Positions 15,944 to 25,494 of a DNA stretch of 64,000 bases are shown in pieces. Made by a program: the position numbers and the translations under genes. Source of the stretch: a virus; IMG/VR virus record IMGVR_UViG_3300001605_000008, positions 96,001 through 160,000 of that record; one strand, written 5' to 3'. The notes under the pieces are model-generated. The model saw only the letters and a program-made list of their open reading frames with translations. It ran no database searches and had not been told where the DNA came from. Each line of letters starts with the position of its first letter. The first letter of the stretch is position 1.

Positions 15944-18900
15944 ATGGCATCTATCGCAGCTCTAGAAGCACAGCGTGATCAGGTACTCCAGGAGATCCGG
16001 GCTCTTGTAACCAGCAACGAAGAACGTCGCCGTGCCATTGCCGCAGATAGATTAAAGATACAATCTTCTTCGTCTCCGGAAGAGATAGGAAGATTGGAAC
16101 TGAACATCCGCACACTGGAAGCTGGAATACGTGTGACCCAGGCCTCCATAGCAAGATTAGAATCCCTGTTGGCAGAGATCAATGCGGAGATCGCTCTTCT
16201 CAGAGGCCTCCCTGCACAAAGCACCGGAGAAACAGTCAAGCAAGCCCAAGGTGCCCGAGATGATGGAGCAACTGTAACAGCACCACCGGGTGCTCCCCTG
16301 GCAGCCACAGCCGACGGAACCGTCACTAGCATAGTATCAAAGGTGCCTTCAACAGCGCAACCCTTTCGCACAGCGCTAGACATTGGTCTTGACAATGCCC
16401 TGCGTCCCAATCTAGGGATACAGAGTTATCAGAATATCGCTGATACTGGTGCTTTACTGCCCAATTCCAGCACAGGTCGCCCTGGTGCCAATGCCAGTAA
16501 CACCGGAGCAGCTCCCGGTGATGATGCTCGTGGTGACAATTCTACACGTTCGCTGTTGCGGGATCTCTTTGGCGACACCAAGCAGTTACCGGCACAGCCC
16601 AATGTATTAGATCAGTTTGCCAGTTACACCTACAGCATCAGCTTGTATCTCATGAACAAAGAGCAGTATACTCGCCAGTTGTTGAACAAGAAGAAAATCC
16701 TCTCGGGATATACCTTGTTGATACAAAGCGGTGGTGCTCCCAACAACACTACATCTTACACGCCCCAGGCCACTGAAGTAAATGATCCCGGAGAGATCCC
16801 CGGTGTCACTGCGTTCAGCGCTGCCAGTGGCGACGGCCGCAATCCTTATTTTGGTCTTGATTACTACATCGACGATGTGAAACTGCGCAGCGTGGTGCAA
16901 GGTCGCGGTAGCCGTGCTGCACACAATGTAGTTGAGCTCAACTTCAAGATCACCGAGCCCAACGGCATCACCCTGATCGACAATCTCTACAAAGCCGTGC
17001 AGCAATACATCAACACCGAGCCAGGCCGTCCCGTGAACTATGCCGCACAGAACTATCTCATGGTGATTAGATTTTACGGATATGATCAATACGGTAGCTT
17101 GATAAATCCCAAGCGCACTCTGGGTCAAACCACCGACGCCAATGCTATACTGGAAAAATGGATACCATTCCAGTTCACGGGCATACAGTTCAGGATAGCC
17201 AATCAGATCGTGGAATACAACTGCACAGCCGTGGGCGTGCAAAATCTAGCATCCACACAGCAGCGCAACACCATACCTTACAACGTGGAACTCACGGCCA
17301 GTACTCTCCGAGATCTGTTGTCGGGTTCGGCGTCGTTCCGAGGTGGCGCTGCCAATGAACAAGTGCAAGAAGGCGCCACGGCATCGGGACTACCACGTGA
17401 GGCTCGCGGAGTAGCAGCACCAGTAAGCGCAGTGGATCAAGTTGCTGCCATCACACGTGCTGGTGTGGCCCAAACAGCTCCACCCAAGGCCGATGCTGCT
17501 CCCAAGACCAACACTCCCAAGACGATTTCCAAGGGACTGGTGGATGCGTTAAACAAATATCAAGATGAGCTAGTGGCAGAAAAAAGATACGAGAAACCAG
17601 ATCGGTTTGAGATCATATTCAAAGTACCACAGATGGCCGATGCCAAGGTGTTGCCGGCTGGTCCCATAGATAAAAAGAAACCGCCCATGATCCAGACCCA
17701 GGATCCGCAGCAGGCCAAGGACGGTGCCCGGCAAAGCAATGATTTCACCAGTCAGAACAAAAGTATCTTGGCCGGAACCACGATCATGCAGTTCCTGGAC
17801 CAGGTCTTGAGGAACAGCAGTTATGTCACTGACCAGCAGCTGGAAAAGTGGAACGAAACACTGAAGAAATATGTGCCCAATGGCCAGGCCATACCCGAAA
17901 CTGCATGGTACACCATAACCATGCAGGCCATGCCCTTAGAATATGATTTCAAGCGACATGACTATGCTTACAAGTTTACCTATCAAATATCGCCGTATCT
18001 GGTTACAGACCTCAAGAGCCAGTATTTTGCGGCCAGCCAGCCCTGGGTGCCACCCAAGCGATACGCCTATTGGTTTACCGGCCAAAATACTTCGGTGCTG
18101 AATTTCACCCAGGACTACAACTATCTCTACTACGTCGCTTTAACCGGGCCCAACGCACCAGATCGCACAGTGTTCACAGATTATCGTACTTTTGACAAAG
18201 CCGGCAGCCAGACACGCAGCAACGAAGCCGATCAAGGCCAAAGCGGGCCAGTGTTTGAAGCACCGGCCAATGCCGCTGACAGTTTATATAGTCCCGGTGA
18301 CACTGTGAGAGCCAAGATGACCATCGTGGGCGATCCTGACTGGATACAACAAGGAGATCTCTGGGCCGGCGTGTCGGGTCCTGTAGGCAATGATTCGCAG
18401 GATTTCAACACTACTTTGCCTGATGGCAGTTTGAATTTTGAAACACGCGAACCCATCTTTGAAATACTGTTCAACAAACCCGTAGACTATGATCTCAATA
18501 CCGGCGTCATAGATGCGACCAAAAAAAATCTCACGGTGATCGGCAAGGATGGCAAACAAACCACGGATCCCGAGATCAGCTATGTGTACCGGGCCTACTT
18601 TGTAGACAGCATCTTCAGCAAAGGCAAGTTTGTGCAAGATATCGAAGGTGCGCAGGTGTTCTTCCGTAAACCATCAACTGCGAATACCGACACAGCACGG
18701 GAAAGTTCTCGGGGTGCTGCTGTTGGTTCGCCTGGAAACGAACAAGCATCTGTTCGGCGAGTAGACAATGCCATCGCCGCACAAAACGTTCGTGCCACAG
18801 ACTGGGCTACGGGATATCTAGATAAACTACCTACCGGAGCCAGGACCGACAGCATGGCCGCGAGACTGGCAGGTCAATCCACTGCGGCCAGCACCCTGTT

Positions 18901-19258
18901 ACCAGCAGCATCGGCTCAAGCCCCCACCAGCAACGGACAAGCGGTGGGTACTGCGGCACCTGTGCCCTTGTTGAATCCACCGGCTGCTCCGGGATCAGCA
19001 CCGGCTCTGGGGTCGTTCTCATCGTTGAACACTGCTCCAGTTACAGGGTCGGTATTTTCAGCCACAGCATCATCTGGTCTGACAGACACACAGAGAGCGA
19101 TCATACGGTTGACCTCCGAACAAGAACAAGCTCAAGCCCGCGGTAATTTCGCTGAATCTGTGAGATTAGGCAGTGAGATACGTAGATTGCAATCGCAACT
19201 TTTGCTTGAATCACCGCCAACCCCGGTAACTAGAACACAGAGCATAGTCAAAGACTAG
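15944..19258 (+). CDS. Large virion structural protein, probable baseplate hub (gp27-like position)
   Basis: 1104 aa between gp53 and gp5; NVLDQFASYTYSISLY and IVGDPDWI segments; low-complexity Ala/Pro termini. Function inferred from synteny. Confidence 0.55.
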   Translation: MASIAALEAQRDQVLQEIRALVTSNEERRRAIAADRLKIQSSSSPEEIGRLELNIRTLEAGIRVTQASIARLESLLAEINAEIALLRGLPAQSTGETVKQAQGARDDGATVTAPPGAPLAATADGTVTSIVSKVPSTAQPFRTALDIGLDNALRPNLGIQSYQNIADTGALLPNSSTGRPGANASNTGAAPGDDARGDNSTRSLLRDLFGDTKQLPAQPNVLDQFASYTYSISLYLMNKEQYTRQLLNKKKILSGYTLLIQSGGAPNNTTSYTPQATEVNDPGEIPGVTAFSAASGDGRNPYFGLDYYIDDVKLRSVVQGRGSRAAHNVVELNFKITEPNGITLIDNLYKAVQQYINTEPGRPVNYAAQNYLMVIRFYGYDQYGSLINPKRTLGQTTDANAILEKWIPFQFTGIQFRIANQIVEYNCTAVGVQNLASTQQRNTIPYNVELTASTLRDLLSGSASFRGGAANEQVQEGATASGLPREARGVAAPVSAVDQVAAITRAGVAQTAPPKADAAPKTNTPKTISKGLVDALNKYQDELVAEKRYEKPDRFEIIFKVPQMADAKVLPAGPIDKKKPPMIQTQDPQQAKDGARQSNDFTSQNKSILAGTTIMQFLDQVLRNSSYVTDQQLEKWNETLKKYVPNGQAIPETAWYTITMQAMPLEYDFKRHDYAYKFTYQISPYLVTDLKSQYFAASQPWVPPKRYAYWFTGQNTSVLNFTQDYNYLYYVALTGPNAPDRTVFTDYRTFDKAGSQTRSNEADQGQSGPVFEAPANAADSLYSPGDTVRAKMTIVGDPDWIQQGDLWAGVSGPVGNDSQDFNTTLPDGSLNFETREPIFEILFNKPVDYDLNTGVIDATKKNLTVIGKDGKQTTDPEISYVYRAYFVDSIFSKGKFVQDIEGAQVFFRKPSTANTDTARESSRGAAVGSPGNEQASVRRVDNAIAAQNVRATDWATGYLDKLPTGARTDSMAARLAGQSTAASTLLPAASAQAPTSNGQAVGTAAPVPLLNPPAAPGSAPALGSFSSLNTAPVTGSVFSATASSGLTDTQRAIIRLTSEQEQAQARGNFAESVRLGSEIRRLQSQLLLESPPTPVTRTQSIVKD

Positions 19259-19266
19259 AGAGAACA

Positions 19267-21582
19267 ATGGCAGACAACATACAAAGAAGTCGTGGACGCG
19301 GTCAAGGATATCGATTTGATCGCGGTGGCACACCCAGCGAGTTTGGTCCGTTTATTGGAGTGGTCAGGAACAACATCGACCCCACACGCAGCGGCCGTCT
19401 CCAGGTGTACATCGAGCAATTCGCCGGCGATGATCCCAACGATCAAACACTATGGCGAACCGTGAGCTATGTGCCACCTTTTTATGGAGTGACCAATCCT
19501 CCACCCGGGGCCGAAAGCGGTGTGGGCACATTCACAACAAATCTACAAAGCTATGGTATGTGGTTTACACCCCCAGACATTGACACCCAGGTCATATGTT
19601 TCTTTGCAGGTGGTGATCCCAATCAAGGCTACTACACCGGCTGTGTTCCTGTGCCAGGCATCAATCACATGTTGCCGGCCATTGGTGCCAGTCGTAAATT
19701 CGAGATCGGCAACTCCGGTCAAAGCAGTTATTTCAAAAAAGCCACACAGCTTCCCGTCACAGAGATCAACGAAGAAAATCCTGCCATATCTGAAGATCCG
19801 AGATTTTTTGATCAGATCAAACCAGTACACAGTTATCTAGCAGCCATACTGCTGCAACAAGGTCTGATCACAGACACAGTGAGAGGCCCCATCACTTCAA
19901 ACAGCCAGCGGGAAAGTCCCAGCGCGGTGTTTGGAATATCCACTCCAGGCAAGGCCATATATCAAGGCGGCCTAGACGAAAAAACCATCAAGCGGCAACT
20001 GGATCGCAACGAACTTCTGCCACAAGACATCAAAGTTATAGCACGTCGCGGTGGTCACTCCATCGTCATGGACGATGGTGATCTCGAAGGCAAAGACAAT
20101 CTCGTGCGCATACGCACAGCCAAGGGCCATCAGATCACCATGAGTGACAACGATGACTGCTTTTACATCATACATGCCAATGGTCAGACCTGGATAGAGT
20201 TTGGCAAGCAAGGTACTGTGGATGTGTTCTCCACCAATTCTGTAAACGTTCGCACCCAAGGCACTATCAATTTGCACGCTGACAAAGATATCAACATGTT
20301 TGCAGGTGGGGCCATCAACATGAAAAGCACCACCATGAAGATGCAGGCCGATGCTACACTGGACATGATTGGCATAGGACAGCTCAAGCTCTACAGCAAG
20401 AATTTTGTTGGCATCAAAAGCGACGGTAGCCTGGGCCTCAAGAGTTCTACTTCTGGATCCTGGGATGCCGGCGCCAGCATGACACTGAAAGCCGGATGTA
20501 TCAATCTCAATTCTGGCGGTGCCGCACCAGTACCAACTCCCACCGAGCTCCGTAGTGTGAATCTCGCGGACGTGGCGTTCAAGAACAATGTTGGGTGGGA
20601 AGTGGAATTTGGCAAGCTCAAGACCATAGTCACGCGAGCACCCACGCATGAACCTTATCCTTATCATAATCAAGGTGTGGCATCAATCACCGAACTAGGC
20701 GAGTCGCCTTTGCAGAGCCTGAGCGCAGCAGCCAAAGGTGTGCTGGGAGGACTCACCAATGTCTTGGTATCCAACGGCATAGACGCATCGGCATTTTTAA
20801 AACAAGGTGTGGCAGAACTCTCTGTGGGCAATCTAGACATCAGCCAAGTCACGGGCCTACTGGCTCAAGCAGCGTCTGATGTAGGCCAGTCATTTGACAC
20901 GATCACCCAGGATTTGGGCATAGGAAAGTTTGGATTCTCGGCCAGTCAGCTGGAAGCAGCGGGATTCTTGAAACCCGGCACGGTACAGAATTTCTTGCAA
21001 GATCCTGCGCAGTTAGAAAACATATTGAAAAGTGCATCGGTCTGGACCGGAAAAGACGGTGTTGGTAATCTTGCTAGTTTGTTGCTGGATCCCAAGCTTC
21101 AAGATCTCACACAAAATGAAATAATGGTCACAGCACTTGATGGTTTGAAATCTGTGGGAATCGTTACTGGCAATGAATCGCCCCAGGACCTGGCTTCGTT
21201 TGTGCAGGTAGCAGCAAAGTTTGGAGTAGATACCACAGCACAATGGATACAAAACAACGCTCCTGCGGATCTCGTGAATCAGATAAACACCGTGGCCAAA
21301 AATGCACAGTATGCCGTGAATTTCGTGGACACTCGTGCCTCCGAACTCGTGACCAAAAGCGTGCAAATTGGTGGATTTACAGGAACCGTGGTGAGAGACG
21401 GTGTGGACCAAGCCGTGGCCAGCATCATCAGCAATCCCAAGGTACCTTTGCCGGATTTCACCGGTGGATTATACAGCAGCACACCTGACAGCAGTCTCAC
21501 CTACAGCGGAGATGATCCCATGGTGCTGGCACGAATAAATCAAGAACGAGTGCGTAGAGGACTGCCACCGTTGTCAGGGTAA
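19267..21582 (+). CDS. gp5: Baseplate central spike (gp5/VgrG-like) with extra C-terminal domain
   Basis: OB-fold DPTRSGRLQVYI...YGMWFTPPDIDTQVICFF, then beta-helix-like repeats (RIRTAKGHQITMSD, HADKDINMFAGG, GCINLNSG) and a ~300-aa extension. Confidence 0.8.
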   Translation: MADNIQRSRGRGQGYRFDRGGTPSEFGPFIGVVRNNIDPTRSGRLQVYIEQFAGDDPNDQTLWRTVSYVPPFYGVTNPPPGAESGVGTFTTNLQSYGMWFTPPDIDTQVICFFAGGDPNQGYYTGCVPVPGINHMLPAIGASRKFEIGNSGQSSYFKKATQLPVTEINEENPAISEDPRFFDQIKPVHSYLAAILLQQGLITDTVRGPITSNSQRESPSAVFGISTPGKAIYQGGLDEKTIKRQLDRNELLPQDIKVIARRGGHSIVMDDGDLEGKDNLVRIRTAKGHQITMSDNDDCFYIIHANGQTWIEFGKQGTVDVFSTNSVNVRTQGTINLHADKDINMFAGGAINMKSTTMKMQADATLDMIGIGQLKLYSKNFVGIKSDGSLGLKSSTSGSWDAGASMTLKAGCINLNSGGAAPVPTPTELRSVNLADVAFKNNVGWEVEFGKLKTIVTRAPTHEPYPYHNQGVASITELGESPLQSLSAAAKGVLGGLTNVLVSNGIDASAFLKQGVAELSVGNLDISQVTGLLAQAASDVGQSFDTITQDLGIGKFGFSASQLEAAGFLKPGTVQNFLQDPAQLENILKSASVWTGKDGVGNLASLLLDPKLQDLTQNEIMVTALDGLKSVGIVTGNESPQDLASFVQVAAKFGVDTTAQWIQNNAPADLVNQINTVAKNAQYAVNFVDTRASELVTKSVQIGGFTGTVVRDGVDQAVASIISNPKVPLPDFTGGLYSSTPDSSLTYSGDDPMVLARINQERVRRGLPPLSG

Positions 21583-21585
21583 ATA
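21580..21585 (+). promoter_or_regulatory. Late promoter core TAAATA for gp25
   Basis: GGGTAAATA overlapping the gp5 stop, 5 nt before ATG 21591. Confidence 0.6.
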
Positions 21586-21590
21586 CATCT

Positions 21591-21965
21591 ATGCCTATAT
21601 TCATTGGATTCAACACTATCAATCAATACAAAAAGTTCACGCTCACGGACTTTGAACTGATCAAGCGCGACCTAGCCAATGCTTTTAACATACAGCAAGG
21701 CGAGCTTCCGGGTCGGCCCGAGTACGGCACCACACTGTGGAGTTTTATATTTGAAAATCAACTGGAACTCACGCGGAATCAGATCCTGGCAGAAATACAG
21801 AGAGTGGCCTCGCAGGATCCCAGGATCGTGATCAGTGACGTATCCGTGTACCCACAAGACAACGGCATGCTGATAGAAGTTGAACTGCAAACAGTTGCCA
21901 GTGCCACAGCTGAGCGCTTGGCTTTGTTTTTTGACGCTACCACCCGCCGCGCCACTCTGGCGTAA
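21591..21965 (+). CDS. gp25: Baseplate wedge subunit gp25-like
   Basis: LIKRDLANAFNIQQGELPGRPEYGTTLWSFIFE...DPRI. Confidence 0.9.
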   Translation: MPIFIGFNTINQYKKFTLTDFELIKRDLANAFNIQQGELPGRPEYGTTLWSFIFENQLELTRNQILAEIQRVASQDPRIVISDVSVYPQDNGMLIEVELQTVASATAERLALFFDATTRRATLA

Positions 21966-21994
21966 AACTACGTGGTTTTTACGCACCATAAATA
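21965..21994 (+). promoter_or_regulatory. Late promoter TAAATA with upstream AAACT-N5-GTTTTTA element, gp6
   Basis: TAAATA at 21989-21994, 20 nt upstream of ATG 22015. Confidence 0.7.
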
Positions 21995-22014
21995 CTTGAT
22001 GATGGTGAGAGACA

Positions 22015-25000
22015 ATGCCTAAGACCACGAGACAAACAGCGATTTTTGGTGTAGAAGACTGGAAAAGATTCTACCAGACCTATCGCGAAGCCGATTTCCA
22101 AAGTTATGATTTTGAAACCCTGCGCAAGAGTTTCGTGGACTATCTGCGCTTGTACTATCCCGAAACATTCAACGACTACATAGAATCATCGGAGTTTATC
22201 GCACTCCTGGATGTAATGGCATTCATGGGTCAAGCCCTGGCCTTCCGCAACGATCTCAACGCCAGAGAAAACTTCTTAGACACAGCTGAACGCAGAGATT
22301 CAGTGGTACGCCTGGCCAACTTGGTGAGCTATACTCCCAAGCGCAATCAACCTGCACAAGGTTACCTCAAGGTGTTTTCAGTGTCAACCACGGAAAATAT
22401 CACAGATTACAACAATATCAATCTTTCCAACGTCACAGTGGACTGGAATGATCCCACCAACCCCAACTGGTTGGAACAGTTCACACAGATCATCAATGCT
22501 GCTCTAGTAGACAGCCAGAAATTTGGTCGCCCAGGCAATCGTCAGGACATCCTGGGAATAGAAACCGCTGAGTACTCTATCAACTTGGTACCAGGGTTCC
22601 TGCCCGTGATACCCTATACTGCCAACGTGGATGGCGTGTCGATGCCATTTGAAGCCACATCTGCTACTACCATGGGCCGTGACTATGTGTACGAACCCGC
22701 ACCCAGACCATCGGGCATCTTTAACATCTTATATCGCAATGATCAGCTGGGTTTTGGTTCCGACAATACCGGTTTCTTTTTCCTGTTCAAGCAAGGCGTG
22801 CTGCAAAATCAAGATTTCAACTTGGCCGAAGCAGTGCCCAATCGCACAGTAAACATCAACATTGAAGGCTGCAATCAGGAAGATCACTGGCTTTACAAAT
22901 TAGACGATGTGGGCAGTATCTCCAGTGAGTGGGAGTTTGTGGAAAGCATCTATGCCGCGGCCGTGGAGCAGTTGGCTCCGGATCAACGCAAGTTGTATTC
23001 TATCACCAGCAGAGCCAACGATCAAATCACCTTGACCTTTGGTGATGGTGTATTTGCTGAAACTCCCGTGGGATTCTTCCGAGCCTATGTTCGCGCCAGC
23101 AACGGCCTTGAGTATATCATCAATCCCGAAGAGATGCAGGCCATCACTTTGCCTATCAGCTATGTGTCGAGATTTGGTCGTATAGAAACCATCACACTCA
23201 CCTGCGGCATAACCGAACCGGTATCAAACGCACAAGCACGTGAAACTCTGGAAGAGATCAAGCAGCGAGCCCCTGCCAGATACTACACCCAGAATCGCAT
23301 GGTCAATGGCGAGGACTACAACAACTTTCCATTCACACGCTACAACTCCATAATCAAAAGCAAGGCTGTAGCACGCAGCTCAGTGGGTACCAGCAGATAC
23401 ATCGATCTCACTGACATCACTGGGAAATATTCCAGCACCAATATCTTTGCATCAGACGGTGTGATATATCGAGAAAATGTCCTGCCCAGTTTTGAATTTG
23501 ACTGGATCAATCGCAACGAGATAGTAGATGTTCTGACCAACTCGGTAGAGCCATTGCTGACGTCGCGTGCAGTGATTCAATTTTACTACAACAACTATCC
23601 CAGACCCGATCTGGCCATAAACAATCTTGCCTGGCAGCAAAGCACCCGTCTGGTCAACGAGACCACGGGATTCTTCTATGCCGGCACAGCACAGTCGCCA
23701 CAGCCCATTGGCATCTACAGCAGCAACAATGCTCGTTATATCACACAAGGCAGCTTGGTTAAATTCGAGCCACCACCAGGATTTTTCTTCGATGCACAGA
23801 ATCGCCTGATAGCTGGTGTACCTACCCGGGCAGATGAAAAACTAGTGATATGGGCAACGATATCCGCAGTGGTACTGGATGGTACAAATCAAGGACTGGG
23901 CAATCTACCCGATGGCACTGGTCCAGTGGCCTTGAATAATTTCGTACCCACGGGTGCGCTGGCCACACAGGTCATACCCAAGTTTGTCACAGATTTTTCT
24001 GCTGAACTCGAAAGATCCATCATCGAACAGATTGAATTATTCCGGAACTTTGGACTTGGATACGACAGCACCGGTTCCATAACCGGCACACCGGGCACCT
24101 GGTATCTGATCACTGCCACAAATCTTCCGCCGATCACCGATGAAGATTTTAGCCTAGGCAATGCTGGCAGTACCTTGGGAACCAATCTAGACGAATCTTG
24201 GCTGATCAAGTTCGTCACAGACGGAGTTGGCTATGTGGTCACCAGCCGTGGGTTAAACTATTATTTTTCCAGCGTGATCCAGACCAGATTTACTTTTGAT
24301 GGCAGCGAAGAAGTCTACGATAGCCGCACCGGCAAGGTCATCAATGATTTCATCAAGGTATTAAAAACCAACAGTCGGCCTGATTCCAGCGAACCTTTGC
24401 CTGGCGATGTGGTCACAGACATCATCGCACAGCCAGTGGAAAGCGACGGCTATGTAAATGATTATCAAGTAGTGATCAGTTACACCGACAGCGATGCCGA
24501 TGGTGTAGCGGACGATCCTGATTTCTTTGATCAGCTGGTGGCACCCAACATCAACCCATCCAGCAAGCTGGTATTTTTCCAGCAGACCACGGATTTTGAT
24601 GATCTCGAGCGTTTCCTACCAGTAGCAGCCGGCGTTATTGTAACGCTTTATGCCACAAAAGATGCGATAGAACTGGTAAAATCAGAGTATCCCAGTGGCC
24701 AGCTGTTCTATGCCACAACCGAAGCCAAATTTTACGAGCTGACCATCACCACGGCCAATGGTGTGATCAATCGTGTGCTGACCCAACGATTTGATTTCAT
24801 CAGTCGTGTGGGCAGACAAGAACTTTATTTCCAGTATCGTCACAACAGTCCCTTGACCAACGTGATTGATCCTGGTGTCACCAACATCATCGACATCTAT
24901 GTGGCCACACAGGGTTATTATACTGCTTATCAAAATTACATCAAAGACACCACTGGTACCGTGCCAGAACCTCCAGTTCCCACTATCAATCAACTGACCA

Positions 25001-25494
25001 CGGAATATTCGGCTCTCAATGATTACAAGATGATATCTGATAATGTTGTGTTGAACTCCGTGATATTCAAACCCCTGTTTGGTGCCAAGGCCGCACCTGA
25101 ACTTCGTGCCACAATCAAAGTCGTTAGAGAACCTCGGAGCACTGCATCGATCTCTGAGATCAAGAGTCAAGTTGTTGCCAGGATGAATGCTTACTTTACC
25201 ATAGACAAATGGGACTTTGGTGATAGTTTTTTCTTCTCAGAGCTGGCCGCATATCTGCATCAACAGCTGGGATCTATCATCAGTTCAGTGGTGATAGTGC
25301 CCTTGAATCCTTTGAAAACCTTTGGTGATTTGTATGAGATAAGATCCGCACCCAATGAGATCTTTGTAAATGCTGCCACGGTATCTGATATCGAAGTCAT
25401 AGAAGCACTGACACAAAGCAACATACGCAGCCAAACACCGGTGTCGGGCTTGTATCCCACACAAAATACTCTTAGCCAAACAGGTGAATACTAA
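22015..25494 (+). CDS. gp6: Baseplate wedge subunit gp6-like
   Basis: YDFETLRKSF...NDYIESSEFIALLD...ENFLDTAERRDSVVRLANLVSY, FGDGVF, QNRMVNGEDY, C-terminal WDFG...ELAAYL; follows gp25. Confidence 0.9.
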   Translation: MPKTTRQTAIFGVEDWKRFYQTYREADFQSYDFETLRKSFVDYLRLYYPETFNDYIESSEFIALLDVMAFMGQALAFRNDLNARENFLDTAERRDSVVRLANLVSYTPKRNQPAQGYLKVFSVSTTENITDYNNINLSNVTVDWNDPTNPNWLEQFTQIINAALVDSQKFGRPGNRQDILGIETAEYSINLVPGFLPVIPYTANVDGVSMPFEATSATTMGRDYVYEPAPRPSGIFNILYRNDQLGFGSDNTGFFFLFKQGVLQNQDFNLAEAVPNRTVNINIEGCNQEDHWLYKLDDVGSISSEWEFVESIYAAAVEQLAPDQRKLYSITSRANDQITLTFGDGVFAETPVGFFRAYVRASNGLEYIINPEEMQAITLPISYVSRFGRIETITLTCGITEPVSNAQARETLEEIKQRAPARYYTQNRMVNGEDYNNFPFTRYNSIIKSKAVARSSVGTSRYIDLTDITGKYSSTNIFASDGVIYRENVLPSFEFDWINRNEIVDVLTNSVEPLLTSRAVIQFYYNNYPRPDLAINNLAWQQSTRLVNETTGFFYAGTAQSPQPIGIYSSNNARYITQGSLVKFEPPPGFFFDAQNRLIAGVPTRADEKLVIWATISAVVLDGTNQGLGNLPDGTGPVALNNFVPTGALATQVIPKFVTDFSAELERSIIEQIELFRNFGLGYDSTGSITGTPGTWYLITATNLPPITDEDFSLGNAGSTLGTNLDESWLIKFVTDGVGYVVTSRGLNYYFSSVIQTRFTFDGSEEVYDSRTGKVINDFIKVLKTNSRPDSSEPLPGDVVTDIIAQPVESDGYVNDYQVVISYTDSDADGVADDPDFFDQLVAPNINPSSKLVFFQQTTDFDDLERFLPVAAGVIVTLYATKDAIELVKSEYPSGQLFYATTEAKFYELTITTANGVINRVLTQRFDFISRVGRQELYFQYRHNSPLTNVIDPGVTNIIDIYVATQGYYTAYQNYIKDTTGTVPEPPVPTINQLTTEYSALNDYKMISDNVVLNSVIFKPLFGAKAAPELRATIKVVREPRSTASISEIKSQVVARMNAYFTIDKWDFGDSFFFSELAAYLHQQLGSIISSVVIVPLNPLKTFGDLYEIRSAPNEIFVNAATVSDIEVIEALTQSNIRSQTPVSGLYPTQNTLSQTGEY

